Positions 49,004-57,949 of a stretch of 64,000 bases of DNA are shown here, one piece after another. The stretch spans positions 384,001-448,000 of the forward strand of contig JAVJQW010000041.1 in assembly GCA_040218735.1 (NCBI GenBank). Direction: 5' to 3'. The stretch comes from Deltaproteobacteria bacterium. Lineage in GTDB: Bacteria; Myxococcota; Kuafuiibacteriia; Kuafuiibacteriales; Kuafuiibacteriaceae. The notes under the pieces were generated by a model. That model saw nothing but the letters and a program-made list of their open reading frames with translations, made no database searches and was not told the DNA's origin. Each line of letters begins with the position of its first letter. The stretch's first letter is position 1. The position numbers were made by a program, and so were the translations under genes.

Positions 49004-51832
49004 TCATTGGCACTCGGGGGGCGTGAGGTTCGCGTACGGCGTCTCGTTGGCGGCGAGGCCGGCCTGAATCTCCTCGTAGCAGGCCTTCACCTCGGCGGCG
49101 CGGGTCCACGTCCCCATCCAGCCGGTCGCGAGCTGACCGGTCTGCGTCACGCCGCTGAAGTCGACGAAGACCTTGAGGTGACAGTCGCGGCAGCTCTCGG
49201 CTTTGCACTCGTCCTGCGGTCCCCACGGGTTGCCGCACGGGGTGCCGCCGTTTTCGCCTTCCATGCACATGACGTAGTTCTTCCAGACGCCCGTGACCTC
49301 GGTCGGTTGGTTCGCGAAGTTCCCGGTGGAGCACGTCGGGTTGTACTCGACCTGCAGCGGGTTGCCGTCCTTGGTGAGCGTGTCGTTGCCGCGCGGGAAC
49401 CAGAACGTCGCCCAGTTCCAGTAGCTGAAGACCTGGTGGGTGCCCGACGAGATGTGGAAACCGACCAGGTACTGCCGCGGGCCGTCCGGGGGATCGTAGG
49501 AGTACAGGTCGTCCGGATCCGCGCTGGCCGGGAGCTCGCCGAGCGTGCGCCAGAAGCCCTTGTACACGCGCGCGTCCGTCTCGAACGCCGGCATCGAGTC
49601 GCGGAGTCCGGCGAAGCAGTACGAGACGCGGGCCGCCTGCGCGCAGGGGTCGAGGTAGCCGTTGCCGCGCAGCGTGTTGTGCGTGCTGCCGTTGTACATC
49701 GTGCGCTTCTGCGTGACGGGCCGGTCGCCGGGTTGCGGGAGGTCGAAGATCTCCTGGTAGGACGCGTACAGCATGTGCTGCGGCACGGAGTGCTCCCAGC
49801 GCGGGTAGCCGTTGACGAGCTCGGTCGCCTCGACGAGCGCGCACCACGCGGCGAGGCGCGACGTGGGGTCGACGTTCGGGTCGTCGCAGGAGGGCTTCAC
49901 GTGCTGAATGCCACCCGCGGCGCCGCCGTCGAGCGGAGGCTTCGGCTTCGCGATCTGCGTGGTGTGCGGCGGGGGCGGGGGCGGGAGGCCGCCGGGCGAG
50001 GTGTCCGTCGGACGGATGTAGATGCCGCCGGCGATCGGGTCCGCGATGGCGACGAAGTCCGGGGTACCGCAGCCGCTCGGTGCGCCACCGTCGAGCTGTT
50101 TGGAGAGGCGTCGCGCGAGGTCCTCGAGGAGCGACGCGTAGCTCAGCGCGGAGTCGTGCGCGCGGCCGGTGGCGACGACGCGACGCGAGCCGCGATCGAG
50201 GCCGGTTGCGGCCGGACGGACGAGGAGGAGATCGACCTTCACACCGGACGCGGGGTCCACGACGTTCGCGGGGACGGGGAGGAAACCTTCGTTGGCGGAT
50301 GCGTTCCACTGAAAAGATGCGATGTAGCTCGCGGACGCCGCGAAGACCGGACAGAGGTGACGGGCGAGGGTGTCGTCGCGAACCTCGCGGACGAGCCCGA
50401 AGGTGGAGGTCGGGTGGGCTTCGGCGTCGGTCGCTTCGAAGAGGCGCGGACACTTGTCACCGCTCGACGGCACCGCGCCGACGCGGAGGCGCACCAGCGT
50501 GGAGCTGCTGCCGGGGAGTCGTTCCATCCGGACGTCGCCGAAGTAGAAGTCCGTGCCTTCCGTGGGCAGGTCGCTGCCGTGCATCGACAGCTCGTCACCT
50601 TCGACGAGCGTGGTCGCGGATCCGATCGGCCGGCCATTGCCGTCGGTGAGTGAAGCGATGGTCGGCGCGGTGCCGAGGCCACACGCGGGCGCGGGGAAGC
50701 TGCTGTAGCCGGGCGCAGGGAAGGGCGCCGCGGGGGGCTTGAGCCCGAAGCGGACGAAGCGCTTCAGGCGCGAGAGGTCGGCGGAGTCGATGTCGCCGTC
50801 GGCGTCGACGTCGGCCGCCGCGACACACGCGACGTCGTCGGTGCCCGCGAGGCGCGCCGAGAGCGCGTGGACGTCGTCGTTGTCGACGCTGCCGTTTTCG
50901 TCGACGTCGCCGCGGATGAACGGCGCGCCGGCGTAGGTCACGCGACCGCCCGTGGCGATGGAGCGGTCGGCGGTGTCGAGGACGATCGCGCCGCTCGCGA
51001 ACGCGGCGGACGGACGCGGCGCGACGACCTGAAGGCGGCTGTCGCTCTGCGTGAGGATCTGCGCGGGCTCCCCAGCGACACGAACGCCGAGGACCTGCGC
51101 GAGGTGCCCGCCGAACACGGTGAGCGTGGTGCCGGTCGGCGACGCGCTGGTTTCGGTGCACTGCGCGTCGGGCGGGAGCGCGGAGTCGATCAGCGTGACG
51201 TTTGCGAAGCCGACCTCACCGGCGGCGGCGAGCGGCGCGCCCTGCGCGGCGGAGACCGTGAGTGTCGCGGACGCGAGCGCGGTGCCGGACGCGTCGTGCG
51301 TGAGCAGGTTGACGCCGTTCGAAGACGCCTCGAGCAGGCTGCCGCTGCGCGACAGGCGAACGGCGACGGGGAGCGAGACCGGGACGGGCGTCGAAGCCAC
51401 GGTGGTGCCGTCGCGCGCTTCGGCGCTGAGCCACACGCTGCCGGCGGCGCGCGAGACGGTGATGCGGAAGCGGGGCGCGTCGGGCGCGCGGACGATCGTC
51501 CGTGCTTCGAGGCCGCCTTCGTTGCCTTCGTCGACGTCGGTGATCAGCGCGGAAACGACGAAGTCGTCGGTGATGTCCTGGCCGACGACGCGGATCGCAT
51601 CGTCGGGGCCGTAGCCGTCGCCGTCGCCGCACAGGCGGAAGCCGTTGCCGCCCGTCGTGCCGGTCGTGCCGGTGGGTATCGATGCGCCGAGCGATTCGCC
51701 GACGTCGTGCGCGTACCAGTCGGCGATCGCGCTGCTCGCGAAACACGGGCTCGCGCCCATCGTCTGTGCCTCGGCGTTAGGGGTGATTGCGCAGGTCGCG
51801 ATGCCGAGTGCGCACAGAACTCGTAGTCTCAT
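49004..51832 (-). CDS. Secreted multidomain protein: beta-sandwich, IPT, dockerin-like EF-hand pair, C-terminal CxxCH (c-type haem) domain
   Basis: GAGGAGG RBS; signal peptide ending AEA; FIRGDVDENGSVD and CVAAADVDADGDID; YLVGFHI...WNWATFW...VWKNY...SCRDCH. Confidence 0.72.
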   Translation of the reverse strand: MRLRVLCALGIATCAITPNAEAQTMGASPCFASSAIADWYAHDVGESLGASIPTGTTGTTGGNGFRLCGDGDGYGPDDAIRVVGQDITDDFVVSALITDVDEGNEGGLEARTIVRAPDAPRFRITVSRAAGSVWLSAEARDGTTVASTPVPVSLPVAVRLSRSGSLLEASSNGVNLLTHDASGTALASATLTVSAAQGAPLAAAGEVGFANVTLIDSALPPDAQCTETSASPTGTTLTVFGGHLAQVLGVRVAGEPAQILTQSDSRLQVVAPRPSAAFASGAIVLDTADRSIATGGRVTYAGAPFIRGDVDENGSVDNDDVHALSARLAGTDDVACVAAADVDADGDIDSADLSRLKRFVRFGLKPPAAPFPAPGYSSFPAPACGLGTAPTIASLTDGNGRPIGSATTLVEGDELSMHGSDLPTEGTDFYFGDVRMERLPGSSSTLVRLRVGAVPSSGDKCPRLFEATDAEAHPTSTFGLVREVRDDTLARHLCPVFAASASYIASFQWNASANEGFLPVPANVVDPASGVKVDLLLVRPAATGLDRGSRRVVATGRAHDSALSYASLLEDLARRLSKQLDGGAPSGCGTPDFVAIADPIAGGIYIRPTDTSPGGLPPPPPPHTTQIAKPKPPLDGGAAGGIQHVKPSCDDPNVDPTSRLAAWCALVEATELVNGYPRWEHSVPQHMLYASYQEIFDLPQPGDRPVTQKRTMYNGSTHNTLRGNGYLDPCAQAARVSYCFAGLRDSMPAFETDARVYKGFWRTLGELPASADPDDLYSYDPPDGPRQYLVGFHISSGTHQVFSYWNWATFWFPRGNDTLTKDGNPLQVEYNPTCSTGNFANQPTEVTGVWKNYVMCMEGENGGTPCGNPWGPQDECKAESCRDCHLKVFVDFSGVTQTGQLATGWMGTWTRAAEVKACYEEIQAGLAANETPYANLTPPECQ

Positions 51833-51868
51833 TTGGTCGTATCCTCCTCGGGTCACCGGACCCGCGAC

Positions 51869-51916
51869 GACATGGGTCGCGACCGCTTCGGATCTGATCT
51901 CGGACTGCAAAAAATC
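51869..51916 (-). promoter_or_regulatory. Putative ECF promoter, motif 2 copy A
   Basis: Minus strand GATTTTTT-N9-GATCAGATCCG-N15-ATGTC. Confidence 0.6.
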
Positions 51917-51934
51917 TGCGACCATCCTCTCGCT

Positions 51935-54580
51935 TTGAAACGCGGCGGAGGGATCGTGCTCTTGTGCGCCGCGCTGGCCTGCACCGAGCGACGCCCTGCG
52001 CCCGAGCCCGAGCTGGTCGACCTCCCGATGCGCGGGTGCGTGCACGTGAGCCGCGTGTGCGAAGTCGGCGAAGCGCCGCTGGTGTTCTACGCCGAGGACG
52101 CCAAGGAAGTACGCGCTGCGCTCGACGGGACGGAGCTGACGACGCGAACCGCGACGCTCGCGACGGGCGTGCGCGTGTCGGTCGACGTCCCCGCGCGGCG
52201 AGGCACGCTGACGTTGTCGATCCTGGGTGACGTGCCGCGGCTCATGCGCGTGTCGGTCGATGCGGTGCCGGCGGACGTCGCGGTGCTCACGGCGCCGACG
52301 GATCGCACTTCGGGTGCGCGGCGCACGCAGGATTCATCGCGCGCGGAGGCGATCGCGAAGTTCGCCGAGGCGCGCCGACTCTACAAGGAGGGGGACGCCG
52401 AGGCGGCGATGGCCGCGCTCACGAAGTCCGCGGAGCTCGCGGACCGCGCGAGCTTGCGATCGCAGGCGGCGCGGAGTCGTCTGCTCGCAGTGTGGATCGC
52501 GGCCCGCAGCCTGCGTGACTTCGAGGCGGCGCGCTCCACGCTCGACCGCGTCCCAAAGCGGTCGCCGTACGACAGTGAGGCGGATGTCCTCCGCGCATTT
52601 CACGTCGCGGTCGTAGCGAGTGAGGTGGGTGATCGTCGCTCGGCGCTCGCAGCGGCCGGTCCGGCGCGGATGCTCGCACGAACGCTCGGTCTGAACGTGC
52701 TGGCGACACGGCTCGAGATGCGGGAGCTGAACACGCTCCACGAGCTGGGGCGTTTCGACGAAGCAGCGACGCGTTGGCGGAGCTTGGTACGACAGGGAAC
52801 GGGAGATGGGTGTCTCGACGTCCTCGCGACCGGCAACCTCGGCTGGTCGCTCATGCGGGCTTCGAAGGGATCCGAGGAAGCACGTGTCTGGCTCGAGGCT
52901 GCGCTCGCCGCTGACGAATCGCGCTGCACGGACCCCCCTCCCACGCGTCGCGCGAATCTCCTCGTCAACTCCGCGCTGCTGGCGCTCGAACGAAAGGAGC
53001 TCGACCGCGCGCAGGCGGCGCTCGACTCGAGCCGCCGGTCGCCGATGCTGCCCGAACATGCGCAGTGGGCGATGTTGATCGACGCCTCCATTGCCCTGGA
53101 GCGCGGAGACGTGAAGCGAGCCCTCGCGGACTTCTGGGCCCTCGCGGAGCGGGCGGACGCGACGCGTTTGACCGAAATCGCGTGGCACGCCTGGGTCGGC
53201 GTAGGGCGCAGCCGGCAAGCACTCGGTGATCTCGACGGCGCCGCAGAGGCGTACGCAGCGGCCGAGGCCCGGACGGCGCGGGAAGCCGTGCTCGTCCCGG
53301 TCGACGGAGGGCGGCAGCATCTCTACGGCGATCGCGAAGAGAGCGCGCGTCGGTGGGTTGCGCTGGAGATCGACCGCGGTCGCCCGAAGGCTGCGTTCGA
53401 TGTGGTGCGTCGCGCTCGACGACGCACGCTCGCCTCGATCGAGCTCGCGCGCCGGATCGCCACGTTGGATGGGGCGTCGCGTACACGGTGGGAGCGGGAC
53501 GTGGCTCGATATCGTCGGACGCGCCAAGCCCTCGAAGACCGGAGCGCAACACTCTGGCTGCTGCCCAAGTCCGAGCGCGCGAAGCAGGAAGCCGAGGTCG
53601 AACGTTCGGTCGCCGAGGCGCGCCGCGCTCTCGACGAAGCGATCGGCAAGTTGGCGCGCACGGATGTGTTCTCCACGCTCGCGAGCGAACGCGGCGATCC
53701 GACCGCCGCACCGTTCCGTTCGCCGGCCGAGGGTGAGGTGATGGTCGCTTGGTATCCGCTCGCCGAGGGTTGGGCGGTGTTCGCGGTCAGCCGCGAGGGC
53801 GTGGTCGTCGAGAGGCTGGTCGGGGAGCCCACGCCGGACGCGATCGTGGGCAAGCTCCGCGGACCCATCGCGGCGGCTCGGCGTGTGACGGTTCTGGCTC
53901 CAGGGGGCGTCGACCGCTTTGCGCTTCACCTCGGTCGACTCGGCGGAGAGCCACTCGCCCGACGCAAGCTCGTCGCGTACGCCCTCGACCTCCCACCGCG
54001 CGAGGAACGTTCGAATGACCGAAAGAGCGCACTCGTCGTCAGCGATCCACGCGGCGACCTACGGGCGGCTCGGGACGAGGGCACCCGCGTCGCGACGAAC
54101 CTCTCGTCCCGCGGCTGGTCCGTATCTCGAGCCCAGTCCGACGAAGCGACACGGCGCCGCCTCCTCGTCGGGCTCACGCGGGTGGAGCTCCTCCACTACG
54201 CGGGTCACGGCACGTTCGGGGGCCACGAGGGTTGGGAGAGCAGCCTGCGTTTGGCGGACGGTCGTGTGACGGTGGGCGACATCCTCACGTCGACCGCCGC
54301 GCCCGCGACGGTGCTCCTCCTCGGGTGTCGTACGGCGGAGAGTAGCGACGTCGGGGCGAGCGCGGGGCTGGGGATCGCCCAGGCCTTCGTCCTCGCCGGG
54401 GCCCGCGCGGTCGTCGCGGCGACGCGCGAGATCGACGACGAGGCCGCCGCCGAAGTGTCGGCCCGAATTTCTTCCGCCCTCGATGACGGATCCGACCTCC
54501 TCACCACCTATCAACGGTCTGTACACGGAACCGACGACGACGTGCCCGAACGGGACGCCATCGTGGTCCTGACCCCCTGA
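51935..54580 (+). CDS. TPR-CHAT domain protease, putative lipoprotein (start 51935 TTG or 51956 GTG)
   Basis: LLCAALAC lipobox; TPR-like helices; ALVVSDPRGDLRAARDEG; LLHYAGHG and LLGCRT catalytic dyad; GIAQAFVLAGARAVVA. Confidence 0.88.
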   Translation: MKRGGGIVLLCAALACTERRPAPEPELVDLPMRGCVHVSRVCEVGEAPLVFYAEDAKEVRAALDGTELTTRTATLATGVRVSVDVPARRGTLTLSILGDVPRLMRVSVDAVPADVAVLTAPTDRTSGARRTQDSSRAEAIAKFAEARRLYKEGDAEAAMAALTKSAELADRASLRSQAARSRLLAVWIAARSLRDFEAARSTLDRVPKRSPYDSEADVLRAFHVAVVASEVGDRRSALAAAGPARMLARTLGLNVLATRLEMRELNTLHELGRFDEAATRWRSLVRQGTGDGCLDVLATGNLGWSLMRASKGSEEARVWLEAALAADESRCTDPPPTRRANLLVNSALLALERKELDRAQAALDSSRRSPMLPEHAQWAMLIDASIALERGDVKRALADFWALAERADATRLTEIAWHAWVGVGRSRQALGDLDGAAEAYAAAEARTAREAVLVPVDGGRQHLYGDREESARRWVALEIDRGRPKAAFDVVRRARRRTLASIELARRIATLDGASRTRWERDVARYRRTRQALEDRSATLWLLPKSERAKQEAEVERSVAEARRALDEAIGKLARTDVFSTLASERGDPTAAPFRSPAEGEVMVAWYPLAEGWAVFAVSREGVVVERLVGEPTPDAIVGKLRGPIAAARRVTVLAPGGVDRFALHLGRLGGEPLARRKLVAYALDLPPREERSNDRKSALVVSDPRGDLRAARDEGTRVATNLSSRGWSVSRAQSDEATRRRLLVGLTRVELLHYAGHGTFGGHEGWESSLRLADGRVTVGDILTSTAAPATVLLLGCRTAESSDVGASAGLGIAQAFVLAGARAVVAATREIDDEAAAEVSARISSALDDGSDLLTTYQRSVHGTDDDVPERDAIVVLTP

Positions 54581-54593
54581 CGCGAGAACGAAC

Positions 54594-56501
54594 ATGAAAC
54601 GCTTGAACAACGCCCTTTGGATTGCCCCTCTCCTCGTCGCCGCCTGTGGCGCGCCCGAGGAGCCCGTCGAGACCGCGGAGGCGGGCATCACGCCCGCACA
54701 GCAGAGTCACTGCGACGCGTTGCGCGCCGCCGGCGCGACCTCGCTACCCTGGTATTGCGGTGGCTTGCAGAGCACCTTGCCGCCGGAGCTCGACCGCGCG
54801 TGCCCCGACAACCAGTGGGTCGGCTACCGCCTGACCTCCGCGCCTTGCCCGGTCGTCACGGCGCCGCCGGCCCTCGGGACCTGGAACAAGACCGAGCCCT
54901 TCACGGGCTCCATCCCGGGCCTCGAGCGCTGGTGTGTGTACCGCTGGGAGCCTGCGGTGGTCGGCACGCCGCCCGACACCTCGGTGCTCCCCGATACGCC
55001 GGACCTCCGTCTGGAGCGGGACTGTGAGGTCGTGAGCGCCCACGCGCGCCTTCCGAACGGTGCGTGGCAGCCCCTGTCGACCGCTTATCTCGAGCAGATC
55101 GATGTCCCGGAGATCGCCGGCCTGCCGTTCCAGCAGACGACGCGCGTCGCGATCGTCGACAGCTCGCTGGAGCGCGTCGGGGCGGTGAGCGAAGGCCTGT
55201 CGCGTCACGGCGAGGCGATGGGCTCGGTCGTCCACAACCTGACATGCCTCGGACCGAACGGTGCGCCGTGCGGCGCGGAGCTATCGAATCACCTCGCGCT
55301 CCCGCGCATCGACACCGAGACCTACGGAGAGCGCGGCGGGCACTACGGCACGCAGTCGGAGCTCGGCGTCGCGATGTTCCAGGCGATCTTCTCCTGGCGC
55401 TTCGGACCGACTTGGACCCCCGGCTCTCGTTTCATCATGAACCTGAGCGTCGGCTGGAACGAGGCCTACGGCGGTGCACCGTCGAACCCGAGCCTGCCCG
55501 CGAAGCTGGTCTACCAGGTTGCGCAGTACGCCTCCTGCAACGGCGCGCTGATGATTGCGGCGTCCGGCAATCGCTCGACCGACCTCACTCCGGGGCCGAT
55601 CTTCCCGGCGGGTTGGGAGCGCGCGACGCCCTTCTGCTCCGACGCGCCGCCCAACGCCTACGACCCGCTGGTGCACGCCGTGGGCGGAGTCGATGGGCGT
55701 GACTCCACACTCGCGCTCTCGCGGATCGCCTCGCAGCCGCGCCTCGTCGCACCGGCCGCGCAGGTGAACGTGGAGCAGCCCGTGCTCAACAACGTCCCGA
55801 CCGTGATCGCGAGCGGGACGTCCTTCGCCGCGGCGGGGGTTTCGGCGACCGCCGCGCTCGTGTGGAGCCTGCGCCCCAACCTCCAGCCGTACCAGGTGAT
55901 GCAGGTCGTCTATCAATCCGCGATCCCCGTGGGCGGCGCGTCGGACTTCGGGTTGAACAACCAGGCCTTCGCGCGGCGTCGTGTCTCGGTGTGCCGCGCG
56001 GTGACGCTCGCCTGCCTGGGCCTCGCCTGCCCGCCGCTCCCCGCGTGTGAGAACCGTGCAGCGGGCGTCGACGCCACGGCAGACTTCGCGACGGCGATTT
56101 CCATCACCTACCCCGGGTTGATGGGACCGCAGAACGCGGTGCCGGGGCCGAGCGCAACGAATCCGAGCGACCTCGATCCCTTCAAGGAGCCGTGGGTCGT
56201 CCCGCAGCCCGACGAGGAGCCGTGTCCGCTTTGTGGGATCACCGCTGCTACTTTCGAAGGTCAGATCGATCAGGACATCGCGCAGTCCGGCGCGACCATC
56301 ACCAACAGCACGGTCATCGTCACGACGTTCCAGGGCGACGAATTCGTCATCGCGGTCGACATCCCCGACCCCACCCAGCCCTTCGAGATCGAGCTGGCTC
56401 AGCTGCAGGATCAGGACCTGAAGACCGGGAAGTTCGAATTGACGACGGACGAGAAAGGTGAGGAAACCGTCCGCGTCAGTGAGCTCTTCATCAAACCGTA
56501 G
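54594..56501 (+). CDS. S8 subtilase-like serine peptidase lipoprotein
   Basis: LLVAAC lipobox; VAIVDS, RHGEAM, MNLSVG, AASGN and SGTSFAAAGVS motifs. Confidence 0.85.
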   Translation: MKRLNNALWIAPLLVAACGAPEEPVETAEAGITPAQQSHCDALRAAGATSLPWYCGGLQSTLPPELDRACPDNQWVGYRLTSAPCPVVTAPPALGTWNKTEPFTGSIPGLERWCVYRWEPAVVGTPPDTSVLPDTPDLRLERDCEVVSAHARLPNGAWQPLSTAYLEQIDVPEIAGLPFQQTTRVAIVDSSLERVGAVSEGLSRHGEAMGSVVHNLTCLGPNGAPCGAELSNHLALPRIDTETYGERGGHYGTQSELGVAMFQAIFSWRFGPTWTPGSRFIMNLSVGWNEAYGGAPSNPSLPAKLVYQVAQYASCNGALMIAASGNRSTDLTPGPIFPAGWERATPFCSDAPPNAYDPLVHAVGGVDGRDSTLALSRIASQPRLVAPAAQVNVEQPVLNNVPTVIASGTSFAAAGVSATAALVWSLRPNLQPYQVMQVVYQSAIPVGGASDFGLNNQAFARRRVSVCRAVTLACLGLACPPLPACENRAAGVDATADFATAISITYPGLMGPQNAVPGPSATNPSDLDPFKEPWVVPQPDEEPCPLCGITAATFEGQIDQDIAQSGATITNSTVIVTTFQGDEFVIAVDIPDPTQPFEIELAQLQDQDLKTGKFELTTDEKGEETVRVSELFIKP

Positions 56502-57144
56502 CGCCCCCGACGGGGCCTCGGATCTCGAGCTCGTCCAACAGGCCCTCGGTCGCGACGCCGCCGCCTGTCGCCGCCTGGTGCGGCGGCTGACGCCCGTCAT
56601 CCAGCGCCGGGTGAACGGCGCCCTGATCCGGCACCACCGCATCGACCGGCAGGAGACCCTCGACCTCACGCAGGACGTCTTCCGCCTCCTCTTCGACAAC
56701 GACGGGCGCGTCCTACGCACCTGGGATCCGGAGCGCGGGCTGTCGCTGGAGAACTTCGTCGGCCTCGTCACCCGGCGCGAGGTGAACGCCATCCTCTCCT
56801 CCGGGCGACGCAGCGCGTGGGCCGAAAAACCCACCGCCCCGGACGACCTGGAGCCCCAGGCCGCCGCGCCGGAGGCCGAGGTCCGGACGCTGTCGAAGGA
56901 TCTCCTCCGCGAGGTCCTGAAGCGCCTCGAGCAGCGCCTGAGCACCAAGGGCCTCGCGCTGTTCTACGCGCTGTTCGTGCAGCACCTGGACGTCGAGACC
57001 ATCTGCGCCGAGCACGACATGAAGCGCGACGCCGTCTACACCTGGCGCGCGCGGCTCAAGAAGACCGTCGCGACGATCTCCGAAGAAATCGCGTCAGATG
57101 ACGGCCTGTCACCACCAACGTCACGAGCGGGAGCATCCGGATGA
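56479..57144 (+). CDS. ECF RNA polymerase sigma factor
   Basis: DLELVQQAL; DLTQDVF; LRTWDPERGLSLENFV; region 4 ICAEHDMKRDAVYTWRARLKK. Confidence 0.88.
   Translation: MSSSSNRSAPDGASDLELVQQALGRDAAACRRLVRRLTPVIQRRVNGALIRHHRIDRQETLDLTQDVFRLLFDNDGRVLRTWDPERGLSLENFVGLVTRREVNAILSSGRRSAWAEKPTAPDDLEPQAAAPEAEVRTLSKDLLREVLKRLEQRLSTKGLALFYALFVQHLDVETICAEHDMKRDAVYTWRARLKKTVATISEEIASDDGLSPPTSRAGASG
57094..57122 (+). promoter_or_regulatory. Putative ECF promoter, motif 2 copy B (inside sigma 3' end, before anti-sigma)
   Basis: TCAGAT-N18-ACGTC, same spacing as the other two copies. Confidence 0.45.
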
Positions 57145-57857
57145 ATCGCGACGAAGATCTGCTCGAAGCCCTCGGCGAAGCCGCAAAGGACCGCGACGAG
57201 GAGGATGACCGCTGGTGGGACGCGGTCGCGGCGAAGGACGCCTCGGCGCTGCCCTCCGAGGAGGCCGTCGAAGCGCTGAGGCCCCTCGACGACGCGGAGA
57301 TGGACGGCATCGCCGACATGCTCCTCGCGGAGGAGAAGCCCGCCGTCGAAGCGGATGAGGGCGGCGCGACGGTCGTCTCGATCTTCTCCGCCCGCCGCTG
57401 GGCCGCCCCCGCCGGCGCGCTCCTCGCGGTCGCCGCCGCGGCGCTGCTGTTCCTGAGCACGCCGAACGACGCGATGCTCCCGCGCTACGCGCTCGACGTT
57501 CGCTCCGGCGAGAAGGTCGTCCGCGGCGACGACCACACCCAGACCGAGATCACCGCGTACTCCGACGGCGCGACGTTCGACTTCGTCCTCGTCCCCGACG
57601 AGCGGGTCACCGGAGACGTCGCGCTCGCCGCGGTGGTGATCGGCGACGGCGGGGAGAAGGTTTGGGACGCCCCCTTCACCCGCCTGGACGGCGGCACGCT
57701 CCGCGTCCGCGGCGTCGTCGGCGAGCAGCTCGACCTCGCTCCGGGCGACTGGCGCGTCGTGTTCTTCGTCGGCCCGAAGGACCGCCTCCCGACGACGCCC
57801 ACGCACGAAACGCCGTCCGGCGTGCAGCGCTTCGAAGCCCAGATCCGCGTCCGCTGA
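57141..57857 (+). CDS. Putative membrane anti-sigma factor
   Basis: ATGA overlap with the ECF gene; acidic cytoplasmic N-terminus; TM AGALLAVAAAALLFL; C-terminal Ig-like domain. Confidence 0.75.
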   Translation: MNRDEDLLEALGEAAKDRDEEDDRWWDAVAAKDASALPSEEAVEALRPLDDAEMDGIADMLLAEEKPAVEADEGGATVVSIFSARRWAAPAGALLAVAAAALLFLSTPNDAMLPRYALDVRSGEKVVRGDDHTQTEITAYSDGATFDFVLVPDERVTGDVALAAVVIGDGGEKVWDAPFTRLDGGTLRVRGVVGEQLDLAPGDWRVVFFVGPKDRLPTTPTHETPSGVQRFEAQIRVR

Positions 57858-57905
57858 TTTTTTTTCCCTCCGCGGATCAGATCCGCACCCCCCACCGCCA
57901 ATGAC
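57856..57905 (+). promoter_or_regulatory. Putative ECF promoter, motif 2 copy C
   Basis: GATTTTTTTT-N9-GATCAGATCCG-N15-ATGAC; 11-mer identical to copy A. Confidence 0.6.
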
Positions 57906-57949
57906 CGACCGAAGCGCTCGCACCGAGCGCTCGGAAGGAAGAAAACAAA

